A stretch of DNA of 64,000 bases from Mobula hypostoma (lineage: Eukaryota): NCBI RefSeq assembly GCF_963921235.1, contig NC_086097.1, positions 173,478,001 to 173,542,000 on the forward strand, given 5' to 3'. The notes beneath the pieces were generated by a model that made no database searches, was not told the origin of the DNA, and saw only the letters and a list, made by a program, of their open reading frames with translations. Made by a program: the position numbers and the translations under genes. Positions 11,520 to 23,880 of this stretch are shown here, in pieces (the stretch's first letter is position 1; every line of letters starts with the position of its first letter).

Positions 11520-12574
11520 AATTTTTTTCGTCTTTATTTCTATATGAGCTACTATCCCAGAAAAATCATCATACATTTCGAGAAATGCCACACACAGTGA
11601 GGACCGAAAAAAAGCTCTGTGAAATCAATCTCTCCATTCAGAACATCCAACAGAAGAATGATGAGGGCTACTACTGTGCTGGAAATAAATTGCTCCATGT
11701 CTGATTTGTTGAGGAAATTAAAAGAGATCATTTTTATCCCAGTTTTAACAAGTGGTTTATATTCAGTAGCTTTAGTGTCTCCAGAAACCACTTAGTAGAG
11801 AGAGCAGTGAGTCCTGCTCTCAACGAGGATGATACTGAATCTTAATTCACCGATGATCAAGTTGAAGACAGATATAAACAAAAGATGGTCCATTCTTAAA
11901 CTGGATTTTTTCTGTTTGGTTACGAAGTTCACTCCCAACTCTCATAAGCACTCTCCTCTGGCAGGTTATCATTTACTGTAGGAAGTGGTTAGTAATGCAT
12001 CACTACCTCAAAGAGCAAGTCACTACCCAAGTTTATTATTTTCTGTTCATTAATTTTCTTTGTTTAAACAATGTCAATCACCAGACATTTGTATATAGAT
12101 TTTTAGTATAAATAGCTCATTTTACTGCTAGCTAGAAGGAGATAACCCTCACACCCACAGTAGTATTTTACACTCTTGGAAACTGCCATACTGCAGCAGG
12201 ATTTTCCTTTGAAGTTGCATTTCTGCATGAAGCAAGTTGGTTACAATGAATGAAATCAGTCTGCACTGATTGCAAACACTATAAACAATATTGTTTGACT
12301 TTTACCTTCTGCCAAAAATTAAATGATAGTATTTCACATAAAAGAATACCTGTTTCAATCATTTGGTTTTGTAGTCTCCCAAATGTAAATGAACTGAAGG
12401 CTTTCACGATGAGTTGTACTTGGAAAGAGAACCTAATGGATACTTCAACAACTTATCTTGGTTACACCTTCAAATGTAGCCACTGCTGAAATGCTTAAAC
12501 TGAGCACCACTTAGCACCATATACTTGAATCTACTTACTATTGGCATTGAATTGCTTTTTTTTAAAATTGTCAC

Positions 12575-13790
12575 ACGTACAGCCTAAATCCTTCTGTAGC
12601 CTCTCTACTTTCTCAAAACTACCTGCCCATCCACCTATCTTCATATAGTCTGTAAACTCTGCAACAAAGCCATCAATTCCATCATCCAAATCATTGACAT
12701 ATAATGTAAAAAGAATTTTTAACAACAGGCCCCTGTGGAACACCTCCAGTCACTGGCAGCCAACCAGAAAAGGTATCCTTTATTCGCACTCTTTGCCCCC
12801 TGCCAATCACCGCTGCTTTATCCATGCTAGAATCTTCCATGTAATACCATGAGCTCGTAGCTTATTAAGCAGCTTCATGTGTGGCACCTTGTCAATCCAT
12901 GTACGCAACATCAACTGATTCTCCTTTGTCTATCCTGCTTATTATTTCTTCAAAGAATTCAACAGATTTGTCAAGCAAGATTTTCCCTTGAGGAAACCAT
13001 GTTGACTACAGCCTGTTTCATCATATGCCTCCAAGTACCCTGAGACCTCAACCTTTTGTGTGTGTTGCTCCAACATCTTCCTAACCACTGAGGTCAGTCT
13101 AACTGGCCTATAATTTCCTTTCTTCTTCCTTTCTCCCTTCTTGAAGAGTGGAGTGACACTTGCACTTTTCCAGTCTTCCGAAACCATTCCAGAATCTAGT
13201 GATTCTTGAAAGGTCATTACTAATGCCTCAACAACCTCTTCAGCCACCTCTTTCAAAATCCTGGAGTATACACCATTTGGTCCAGGTGACTTAACTAACT
13301 TCAGACCTTTCAGTTTCCCAAGAACCTTCTCACTAGTTACTGTAACTTCACACACTTCATGGCCTCTGACACCTGGATCTTCTACCATACTGCTAGTGTC
13401 TTCTACATTGAAGACTGATACAAAGTATTTGTTCAGTTCATCTGCCATTTCCTTGTCCCCCATTACTACCTCTCCAGCGTCTGATATCTACTTGCCTCTC
13501 TTTTACACATTATGTATCTGAAGAATATTATTGGCTAGCTCACTTTCAATCCATCTTTACTTTCTTAATGACTTTTAGTTACCTTCTGTGGGTTTTTAAA
13601 AGATTCCCAATCCTCTAACTTCCCACTCATGTTTACTCTATTATATGCCCTTGCTTTGGCTTTTATTTTGGTTTGACTTCTCTTGTTAGACATAGTTGTA
13701 TCAACTTGCCTTTAGAACACTTTTTCCTCTTTGGATATATATATCCTGTGCCTTCTGAATTGCTCAACGAAATAACTGAGATGGCTGAAT
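12575..13790 (-). mobile_element. CR1 LINE ORF2 fragment
   Basis: ORF 12942-13463: KSPGPNG, WKSASVTPLFKKG, GNYRPVRLTS, SQHGFLKGKSCLTNL. Confidence 0.92.
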
Positions 13791-14927
13791 GTTCCAAATA
13801 AGACCATTGCTTAGCTTTAGCCTTTACATTTATTTTGATACTGCTTTCAATCACCTTCAAATCACTACGCTTTCTTTTTTGAAACTAAATTAAACTATTT
13901 ACTTTTCTTATTTAAGCTACATTTAGCTAGTTTTCCATTTCCTTCCTGCCGTCATGACCATTTTTCATGAACAGAGATCACCTAAGATAAGTAAAACCCT
14001 TAAAGGAGATTTCAAAGAAAAATAGGTTATTGACCAACTACAAATTTATTGGCAGCAGATTTTCTGATGGTCAGAACATTACAGAACTTCAATACTAAAT
14101 ATCAAAATATCATGTATTTAATAGGTCATAAAGTTGGTCAAATCTTCCAGCTCTATGATCAACAGTACATTAAAAGGCATACTGTATTAAGAATGTAGCT
14201 CTCAGTTTTACTAGTTTGGCGTCCAAGTTTTTGTTAAATTGTCTGCTTTGAAAACCTGGATTATTTCCAGGCTCCGAATCTGCAGTCTTTATAAATCATT
14301 AAGTGTTGATCTCTCATGGGACTGCACATAACCAACAAAGTCCTCGTGCTATATTCAGGTCACATTGACTTTGAAGGTAAATGGATCAAGGCAGAGGTGG
14401 AAAGGGAATGAGAAATGTGATGGAAGAAAAAGGGAGAGGGAAGAGGATAAGTCAGGACCCAAAACGACAAAAGAAAGGGAAGGGAGAGAGGAGTGAAGGA
14501 ATATAAAGAAAAGTTTTAATGAGATATGAGAATGAACAATCTATGCTGTGCCCTAGTTTACAATATTTTCCAGTTTAGGAGCCAATCTTAAATATGACAA
14601 GGTCCACTTTCAGGAGTTGATTGTTTTTCAGTATAACTCCAAGATGAATTACTGTTGTATGAGTAGCAAATTATTGAATACATTCAAGTGAAAGATGGAC
14701 CTTCTCTTGCTGGGGTGAACTTGTGGACTTGCAAATTACTAAGTAGTTGACAGCCCACTGGATTGGCAGGATGTTACAAAGAGCACAGATTCTTAATAAA
14801 AATAAGCACCAAATGGAAGTCAAGGGCAAAGTGAAATGAGATTAAATTTAATCACTTTAGAGTCATCAACATAGAACACTACAGCACAGAAACAGGCCCT
14901 TGAGTCCATCTAGTCCAAGCCAAAATA

Positions 14928-15405
14928 CAGTACTATGATAAAGTCTTAAGCACATATATATAGCTAGGGTACCTAAGACATTTGTCAATGTGGAGTCAAC
15001 GTGCAAATGCAGTGGGAGCTAAGGATGTTTGGAATGGTGAAGGTAGAGCACCCCGTGATTGGTGTGGGACAGACAGCAGAGAAGGCATGCCGGTGGCACT
15101 CGTGCAGACACACACAGCCCTAAGACACCAGGCAAGGTCATTTGATTCCCAGCACCTGGTATATTGATCATTTCAAAATGTCTCTGTTGTGCTTACTGCT
15201 CCCTCCCCTCTCCTTTCCACTTTTTCAGCAGCCATGATTCCCCTCTCCCTGCCCCCTTCACTCTCTCAGTCCACAACAGAGACCCATATCAGAATCAGGT
15301 TTATCATCATTCACGTCATTATTTTTTGTAGCAGCAGTACAGTACAATACAATACGTAAATCACTACAGTTATATATATGTGCCTAAGACTTTGGAACTA
15401 TACTG
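14928..15405. mobile_element. Tc1/mariner-type MITE
   Basis: TA-flanked; imperfect TIRs CAGTACTATGATAAAGTCTTAAGCACATATATA / TATATATGTGCCTAAGACTTTGGAACTATACTG. Confidence 0.8.
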
Positions 15406-16976
15406 TATTAATCTGCCTTGGCCCATTGATCTGTATCTAGACTATAGGGCTCCACGCCCCTCCCATCCATGTACTTATCCAGATTGCTCTTAAATGTTGA
15501 ATCTACCACTTCCGCTGGTAGCTCATTCCACACTCTCACCACCCTTTGACTGAAAAAAATTCCCCTCATGTTCCCCTTAAATATTTCACTTTTCACCCTT
15601 CACCCATGATCTCTAGTTTGAGTCTCACCTAACCTCAACAGAAAAGCCTGCTTGCACTTACCATTTATACACCTCATAATTTGTTTCCTTCCATCAAATC
15701 TTCCCTCATTCTTCTATACTTCAGGGAATAAAGCCCGAACCTATTCAACCTTTCCTGAAACTCAGGTCCTCCAGTCCTGGCAACAACATCTCTGCATGCT
15801 CTCAATCTGATTGGTATCTTTCCTGTATGTAGGTGACCAAAACTGCACACAATATTCCAAATCTGTCCTCACCAACATCTTAGGCAACTTCAAAATAACA
15901 TTCCTTACCAAAACTTTGATTTATGAAGGCCAATGTGCCAAAGGTTTTCCTTATGATCCTATCTACCTGTGACACTACTTTTAACAAATTATGGATCTGT
16001 ATTCCCAGATCCCTCTATTCTACCACACTCCTCAGGGCCCTACCACTCACCATGTAAGTCCTACCATGGTTTATCTTCTTAAAGTGCAACAACTCACATT
16101 AAATTCCATCTGCCATTTTGTAGCCCCCTTTGCAACTGGTTCAGATCCTGCTGCACAATTTGATAGTCTTCGTCGTTGTCCATTGCATTCCCAATCTTGG
16201 TCTCATCCGCAAATTTACTGATCCACTTTACTACATTATTATCCATATCATTGATATAGATGAAAAACAACAATGCACCCAGCTATGTTCTCTGTGACAC
16301 ACAAGTCACAGGCCTCCAAACAGCGCAATAACTATCTACTACCATTCTCTAGCCTCTCCCGCAAAGACAATATCTTATTCAATTTATACCTCATCTTGAA
16401 CGCCAAGCAACTGGATCTTCTTGACCAATCTCCCATGCAGAACCTTGGCAAAAAGGCCCACTGAAGTCCATGTAGGCAACATTCACTGCCCTGCTTTCAT
16501 CAACTTTCATAGTAACTTCTTGAAAAATTCTATAAGATATGTTAGACACAACTTAACATACACAAAATTATATTGACTATCCCCAATCAATCCCTATCTA
16601 TCCAAATACTTATATATCTGGTCCTTAAGGATACTTTCCAACAGCTTACCACTGATGTCAGGCTCACCCACCTATAATTTCCTGGCTTATTCTTGAAGTC
16701 TTTCTTAAACATCAGAACAACATTAGCTATCCTCCAAAACTCTGGCACTTCGCCGTGGCTAAGGATGGTTTAACTATCTCTGCTAGAACCCCTGCAATTT
16801 CTGCACTAGCCTCCCAGAGGGTCTCCTGGAACACCTTGTCATGCCCTGGGAATTTATTCAACCTAATTTGCCTCAACAGCAAACACCTCCACTTCTATAA
16901 TCTGTATAGGGTCATAAGCTCACTACTGCTTTGCCTCACTTCTGTAGACTCATGTATCCATCTCTCGAGTAAATAC

Positions 16977-18585
16977 AAAAAAAAAGTTTGGGCACCCCTG
17001 GTCAAAATTTCTGTTACTGTGAATAGCTAAGCGAGTAAAAGATGACCTGATTTCCAAAAGGCATGAAGTTAAAGATGACACATTTCTTTAATATTTTAAG
17101 CAAGATTACTTTTTTATTTCCATCTTTTACGGTTTCAAAATAACAAAAAAGGAAAAGGGCCTGAAACAAAAGTTTGGGCACCCTGCACGGTCAGTACTTA
17201 GTAACACCCCCTTTGGCAAGTATCACAGCTTGTAAACGCTTTCTGTAGCCAGCTAAGTCTTTCAACTCTTGTTTGGGGGATTTTCGCCCATTCTTCCTTG
17301 CAAAAGGCTTCCAGTTCTGTGAGATTCTTGGGCCATCCTGCATGCACTGCTCTTTTGAGGTCTATCCACAGATTCTCGATGATGTTTAGGTCGGGGGACT
17401 GTGAGGCCCATGGCAAAACCTTCAGCTTGCACCTCTTGAGGTAGTCCATTGTGGATTTCGAGGTGTGTTTAGGATCCTGTTGTAGAACCCATCCTCTTTT
17501 CATCTTCAGCTTTTTTATAGACGGTGTGATGTTTGCTTCTAGAATTTGCTGGCATTTAATTGAATTCGTTCTTCCTTCTACCAGTGAAATGTTCTCCGTG
17601 CCACTGGCTGCAACACAAGCCCAAAGCGAGATCGATCCACCCCCCGTGCTTAACAGTTGGAGAGGTGTTCTTTTCATGAAACTCTACACCCTTTTTTCTC
17701 CAAACATATCTTTGCTCACTGTGACCAAAAAGTTCTATTTTAACTTCATCAGTCCACAGGACTTGTTCCCAAAATGCATCAGACTTGTTTAGCTGTTCCT
17801 TTGCAAACTTCTGATGCTGAGTTTTGTGGTGAGGACGCAGGAAAAGTTTTCTTCCGGTGACTCTTCCATGCAGGTAATTTTTGTGCAGATATCACTGCAC
17901 AGTAGAACAGTGCATCACCACTCCAGAATCTGCTAAATCTTCCTGAAGGTCTTTTGCAGTCAAATGGGGGTTTTGATTTGCCTTTCTAGCAATCCTATGA
18001 GCAGTTCTCTCGGAAAGTTTTCTTGGCCTTCCAGACGTCAACTTGACCTTCACCATTCCTGTTAACTGCCATTTCTCAATTACATTATGAACTGAGGAAA
18101 CGGCTACCTGAAAACGCTTTGCTATCTTCTTATAGCCTTCTGCTGATTTGTGGGCATCATTTATTTTAATGTTCAGAGTGCTAGGCAGCTGCTTAGAGAA
18201 GCCCATTGCTGCTGATTGTTGAGACAAGGTTTGAGGAGTCAGGGTATTTATAAAGCTTTGAAACTTACATCACCTGGCCTTTCATAACATTGACTGTGAA
18301 CAAGTCATAGCCCTAACAAGCTAATTAAGGTGTGGGACCTTGGTAAAAGTTATCTGAGAGCTCAAATCTCTTGGGGTGCCCAAACTTTTGCAGGGTGCTC
18401 CTTTCCTTTTTTTCACTCTAAAATTGTACAAAACAAAAATAATACACTAATCTTGCTTAAAATGTTGAAAAGAATGTTTCATCTTTAACTTTATGACTTT
18501 TGGAGATCAGTTCATCTTCTACTCACTTAACTATTCACAGTAACAGAAATTTTGACCGGGGTGCCCAAACTTTTGCATGCCACTG
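16977..18585 (-). mobile_element. Tc1-family IR/DR transposon, defective
   Basis: ~200-bp TIRs with repeated AAAGTTTGGGCACCC sites; right end TTTGCATGCCACTG|TA; tip of the left TIR is lost. Confidence 0.93.
17191..18206 (-). pseudogene. Tc1 DD34E transposase pseudogene
   Basis: MGFSKQL...GYKKIAKRF...SGRPRKLS; GGGSISLWAC; QQD(ND deleted)PKH...WASQSPDLNIIENLW; stops and frameshifts. Confidence 0.9.
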
Positions 18586-18809
18586 TACATCTATAGAAGC
18601 CCTTGAGATTTTCCTTCACCTTGTCTGCTGGAGAAACCTCATGTCTCCTTTTAGCCCTCCTGATTTCCAACTTTTAAGTCTTCTCTTACACTTCTTACAC
18701 TCAACTAGTACCTTCCTACCCATACCTGCCATGCACCTGTTTCTTCTTCTTAACCAGGACTTCAATATCTCTTGAAAGCCAAGGTTACAAAAACCTGTTA
18801 GCCTTGCCT

Positions 18810-19070
18810 TGGTCAAAGGAATAAAGGTATACACTATTTTCCAAAACAGGAAGAAAATTCAAAAATTAGAAGTGCAAAGGGCTGAGGATTCCTTGTGTAG
18901 GATTCCCTGAGGGTTAAACTGCAGGTTGTGTAAGTAGTAAGGAAGACAAATAAATGTTAGCATTCATTATGAGAGGACTAGAATAGAAAGCGAGGCTGTA
19001 ATGCTGAGGCTTTATAAGGCATCAGTCAGACTGCACCTGGAGTATTGTGACCAGTTTTGGGCTTCTTCTG
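18810..19070 (+). mobile_element. CR1 fragment
   Basis: CAGACTGCACCTGGAGTATTGTG (RLHLEYC) region. Confidence 0.75.
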
Positions 19071-19074
19071 ATCC

Positions 19075-19445
19075 TCCAAAGAGGACTGACTCATGGCCTC
19101 TGGATTCCTCCTCCTGAGGCCAATAATCAGCTCCTTGGTGTTGCTGACATAGAGAAAGAGGTTGTTGTTGTGGAACCACTCAGCCAGATTTTCATTCCCC
19201 CTCCTACATGCTGATTAATCATCACTTTTGATTCTGCCTACGACAGTGGTGTTGTCAGCAAACTTGAATATGACACTGGAGTTGTACTTAGCCACAAAGT
19301 CATAAGTGTAAAGCGAGTAGAGCAAAGGTCTAAGTATACAGCCTTGTGGTGCACCTGTGCTAATAGAGATGCTGAACATGTTGTTGCCAATCTGAACTGA
19401 CTGGGGGACTGTAATCAAGGAAATCGAGGAACCAATTGCACAAGG
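19075..19445 (-). mobile_element. Rex1/Babar RT fragment
   Basis: STGAPQGCILRPLLYSLYTYD...KFADNTTVVG. Confidence 0.85.
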
Positions 19446-19649
19446 AACAATTTACAAAACAACAGAAAGTAATTCCAGTTTAATTCAAGTATACTACATG
19501 ATCAGCATTATGCAAGTATTTTCACTTTAGCCTTCATCGAGGAAGAAGATGCTGATGAAATCATCCACTGAGATTTTGAATGAGCCAAAAACTGATGACA
19601 TGTAGGTATTAGGCAAGTTATGCTTCAAATAAATAAATCATTTGGTGCA

Positions 19650-21100
19650 AATGGAATCTATCCCAATTTGCTGAATGATGAAATAGGAAACTACATGGTA
19701 AATGGGATTAGTGTAAACGGGGAGAAGGGTCAGCATGAATTTAGTGCTAACATTTCTGTGCTATATGATTCCATGACTCACTGAGTTTGATAAGGTGGTG
19801 GGTACCTAGAATGCATTGCCTGGGGAGGTGGTTGAAGCAGATACGTTTGGGATCTTTTAACAGACATTGTGATTGCACATAAATGTGAGGAAAATGGAAG
19901 GATATGGATATTTATAGGCAGAAGGGATTTGTTTAGTTGGCCATTCAATTATTAATTTAATTGGTTCAGCACAACAGTGTGGACCAAAGGGCCTGTTCCT
20001 GTGTTGTACTGTTCTGTGTTCCAGATGCCACATAATAGGCTTCTTATGAAAATTGAAGACAATGGAATAAAAGTGTTTTTTTTTTCTCGACAAAGAAATG
20101 TATGCAGTAAATTTCCCCAGTGGTCTGTTAAAATAAACGTTAATAATTTGGGTTTCCAGGTTGCTGGTGGCATAAACTGCAATGATACTAGTAAACTTAA
20201 AGAATGTATTGATAGGCTAACGGAATGGGCAAATAGATAACAGATTAAACTCAATGTTGATACTAGTGGGCAGAACAAGGACCAGTGCTTAGGCTCCAGC
20301 TTCCCCCAATTTACGTTGATTTGGTTGAGAAGACCAAATATCATTTTTCGAAGTTTAGTTATAATGCAAAAGTGACAGAGGAGCTGAGGATGTAAATTGG
20401 CTTTGAAGTTATGTAGAGAAGTGGGTGAGTGGACAAGAACACGAGAAATGAATACAATGTGGAACAATCTAGAGTTAACTACTTTCCTGCACAACACAGA
20501 TAAATTGAGTATTTTTCAAATGCTGAGAAATTGGTTATTTTTGATGTTCAAAGGGAATTCATTATACCTGTGTATAACTCACTGAAAGGCAGCATGTAGA
20601 TGAAGTAAGTGACAGGAAGGCAAATGGCATAACAGCTTTGAAGAGGATCAGGATAGAGTACCAAAGGTATCTCACCAGAATATCAGGTGTTGGTGTGAGT
20701 CCACTTAAGAGTTCTGTGTATAGATTTGATTCCCTTACTTTTAAAAAAAGGATATATAAAAGAATAACAAAAGATAAAGAATCTAATTATAGGACACAAT
20801 CCAGTAAGGTGTACAAGAGCACAGAGATCTAGAGTATGAAAGTGGTGACAAGTTGAGAAAACCATGGATAAAGCAAAATAATTAAAAGTGACGCAAAGAA
20901 ATATTTTCCCCAGACAACGAATGGATTAAATGTACAGGTAGATTTAATTTCAGCATTCAGAAAGAAACTCGATTATGTTCTGAAAGGAAAAATATTGCAA
21001 TTCTCTGGAGAGAGTGCAGAGAAATGAGACTAGCTAAAGGGTTCTTGCATAGAGCAGTCCACACACAACAGCCTGAATAACACCCTTCCAGGGTGTATCT
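19650..21100 (+). mobile_element. Cluster of old CR1 fragments
   Basis: CR1 3' end GGGCCTGTTCCTGTGTTGTACTGTTCTG (~19990-20020); IDRLTEWANR and similar degenerate RT remnants. Confidence 0.6.
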
Positions 21101-22000
21101 ATTCCAACATTCATGCTTTGGATGTTCTATTCTCTGATTCAATTGAATTCCAATTCATGGGAATGTAGGAGGAACAAATGGGGCATCTACCAAAATTAGA
21201 AGATCACTGATCACTCTTTTGCATCCTCTAGTGCCTAATTCAGGTATGACATTGCTGAGGTCCAGGAGAATATCAGTTACATATCCTCTCAGCAGAAACA
21301 CTGGGAAAGTCACGAGAAGCACTGGATACCAGGTAATGTCCCTTTAGAAAATAAGGCCTACCAATATTCATTATTTTCTATTATATCCAGTGTCAAAAAA
21401 AACTACTGAATTGCACCATTACAATGGTTCAGAGCAATTTACAATGCTTTGAACGATCACAATTTATGTTTTATTCAGAAAATCTGCATTAAGAAAATAT
21501 TTAGGTCATAAAACTCGTTTCATCAATACAAGTGTGCTACTTCAATATTTTACCGTACTTTGCCAAAATATAGAAAGGTTACTTATTTATGTCCAAATAC
21601 TGGAGCAACATCAGGCCGGAGATATGGATGATCGGATTCAAAAATGGGAAAGTTGCTATCAGGAATTTACCATTCTATCATTATTATCTTGCCAAATCGA
21701 AATACATTCAAATGCATCAAGCAACATTAATTTCCCATACTGCAATAACAGATAAAAAGGAAACTGAACAGAAAATCAAGGCATCTTCATTTCTATCCAA
21801 GTAATGAAGTAAAAAGCCTGTATATGTATATCTGGGTGTGTGTGTGTATATGTCATACACATTATATCTTATATATTTTAATAACAGGTAATATATATCA
21901 TTTGCAAGCAGCTGAGCTCCCGTTACCACAAATTAACTGTTACAAGTATGGAACATGGTTCCTTTTAATCTTAATTCAGACATATATTTAAAAACTTGAG

Positions 22001-22740
22001 ATGTCTTCCTTTTTTAAAGAAAGGGGCTTCCCTCCACTATCAACTCTGCTCTTAAACGCATCTCCCCCATTTCACGTACATCTGCTCTCACTCCATCCTC
22101 CCGCCACCCCACTAGGAATAGGGTTCCCCTGGTCCTCACCTACAACCCCACCAGCCTCCGGGTCCAACATATTATTCTCCGTAACTTCCGCCACCTCCAA
22201 CGGGATCCCACCACTAAGCACATCTTTCCCTCCCCGCCTCTCTCTGCATTCCGCAGGGATCGCTCCCTACACAACTCCCTTGTCGATTCGTCCCCCCCAT
22301 CCCTCCCCACTGATCTCCCTCCTGGCACTTATCCGTGTAAGCGGAACAAGTGCTACACATGCCCTTACACTTCCTCCCTTACCACCATTCAGGGCCCCAA
22401 ACAGTCCTTCCAGGTGAGGCAACACTTCACCTCTGAGTTGACTGGGGTGATATACTGCGTCCGGTGCTCCCGATGTGGCCTTTTATATATTGGCGAGACC
22501 CGACGCAGACTGGGAGACCGCTTTGCTGAACATCTACGCTCTGTCCGCCAGAGAAAGCAGGATCTCCCAGTGGCCACACATTTTAATTCCACATCCCATT
22601 CCCATTCTGACATGTCTATCCACGGCCTCCTCTACTGTAAAGATGAAGCCACACTCAGTTTGGAGGAACAACACCTTATATTCCGTCTGGGTAGCCTCCA
22701 ACCTGATGGCATGAACATCAACTTCTCTAACTTCCGCTAA
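22001..22740 (+). pseudogene. Penelope RT C-terminus/linker plus GIY-YIG endonuclease (one frameshift near 22031)
   Basis: Open frame 22033-22740: RVPLVLTYNP...AFRRDRSL...PCKRNKCYTC...VIYCVRCSRCGLLYIGETRRRLGDRFAEH...LGSLQPDGMN. Confidence 0.9.
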
Positions 22741-23032
22741 GGCCCCACCTCCCCCTCGTACCCCATCTGTTACTTATTTTTATGCACACATTCTTTCTCT
22801 CACTCTCCTTTTTCTCCCTCTGTCCCTCTGAATATACCTCTTGCCCATCCTCTGGGTCCCCCCCCCCATCTTTCTTCCCAGACCTCCTGTCCCATGATCC
22901 TCTCGTATCCCCTTTTGCCTATCACCTGTCCAGCTCTTGGTGCCATCCCTCCCCCTCCTGTCTTCTCCTATCATTTTGGATCTCCCCCTCCCCCTCCAAC
23001 TTTCAAATCCCTTACTCACTCTTCCTTCAGTT

Positions 23033-23068
23033 AGTCCTGACGAAGGGTCTCGGCCTCAAACATCGACT
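23033..23068 (+). ncRNA. Minimal type I hammerhead ribozyme motif (mutated) at the Penelope 3' end
   Basis: AGTC-CTGACGA-AGGGTCTCGGCCT-CAAAC-ATC-GACT: stem I AGTC/GACT and CUGANGA core present; GAAA box mutated. Confidence 0.65.
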
Positions 23069-23229
23069 GCACCTCTTCCTACAGATGCTGCTTGGCCTGC
23101 TGCGTTCACCAGCAACTTTGATGTGTGTTGCAAAAAGAAGCTACTTTTTTCCCCATTCCTCTCTCATAATCGAATCGTTGCCTTTCTACTTCTTCGTTTT
23201 GCTTTTTGGAAAAAATACACATATTGAGA

Positions 23230-23880
23230 TTTTTTAAAATAACTGCAAATTGAAAGCAGTTGGTGTTCAGGGGATTGTCCTTGTACACAAATCAATAAAA
23301 ATTGACATGCAAGCAATCAGGAAGATAATTGTTTGTTGGTCTTTATTGAAGAGAATTTGAACTCAAGAGTAGAAATGACTTGCTTCAGTTAGATAAAATT
23401 GCACTTGCAATATTGTTAACAGATCTGGCTTCCTTATCTTGAGTCCGAGGAAGTGCCGTCAATATTTATAAAACTGATTCCTGATGGAAGATTTGTCATA
23501 TAAGGAGAAATGAAAGAGAAATGAAATGCTCTCTTTCATTAATAAGAACGAGAGGTGATCACAAACAAAATTCTTAAGAGAATGAACAGGATGTGTAAAG
23601 GTTTGATGCTTCCCTTGATGGAGTGAACTTGGATTCATACTGTCAAAAACAGAGGAGTGAAAAGAAGAAATGCCATTACCAAATGGGTAATGAATCTGTC
23701 AAATTCTGTATGCAAACATATTATGGAGGTTTGGTCATTGAGTATATTTTAATGACAGAAAAGAGAACAAGACTTGTGCAGGGAAGCAGCTGTGGGGTAG
23801 GAAGTCAACTACGGTCTTACTGAATGGTTGTCTTATTGAAGGGCCAAGTGGCATTCTGCCGCCTCTATGTCTAAGGTTCT
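23230..23880 (+). mobile_element. Old CR1 3' fragment
   Basis: Degenerate LGVLVH/LQYC regions and CR1-type 3' UTR. Confidence 0.55.

Larger units (their letters stand above)
14861..18810 (-). mobile_element. CR1 LINE (degenerate) hosting a MITE (14928-15405) and a Tc1 element (16977-18585)
   Basis: 3' tail CATAGAACACTACAGCACAGAAACAGGCCC; FFSQRVVRVWNELP; RT motifs between 16000 and 16900; continues after 18588. Confidence 0.85.
21998..23130 (+). mobile_element. Penelope-like retroelement, 5'-truncated, young
   Basis: GIY-YIG endonuclease coding region, pyrimidine-rich 3' UTR and terminal hammerhead module ending TTTGATGTGTGTTGC. Confidence 0.93.

Noticed and set aside
11585..11704. Ig V-like peptide LSIQNIQQKNDEGYYCAG with a nearby CACAGTG heptamer (11593-11599)
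   Set aside because: D-x-G-x-Y-x-C spacing is off, there is no upstream Cys/Trp framework, the heptamer is on the wrong side and there is no nonamer at 12/23 spacing
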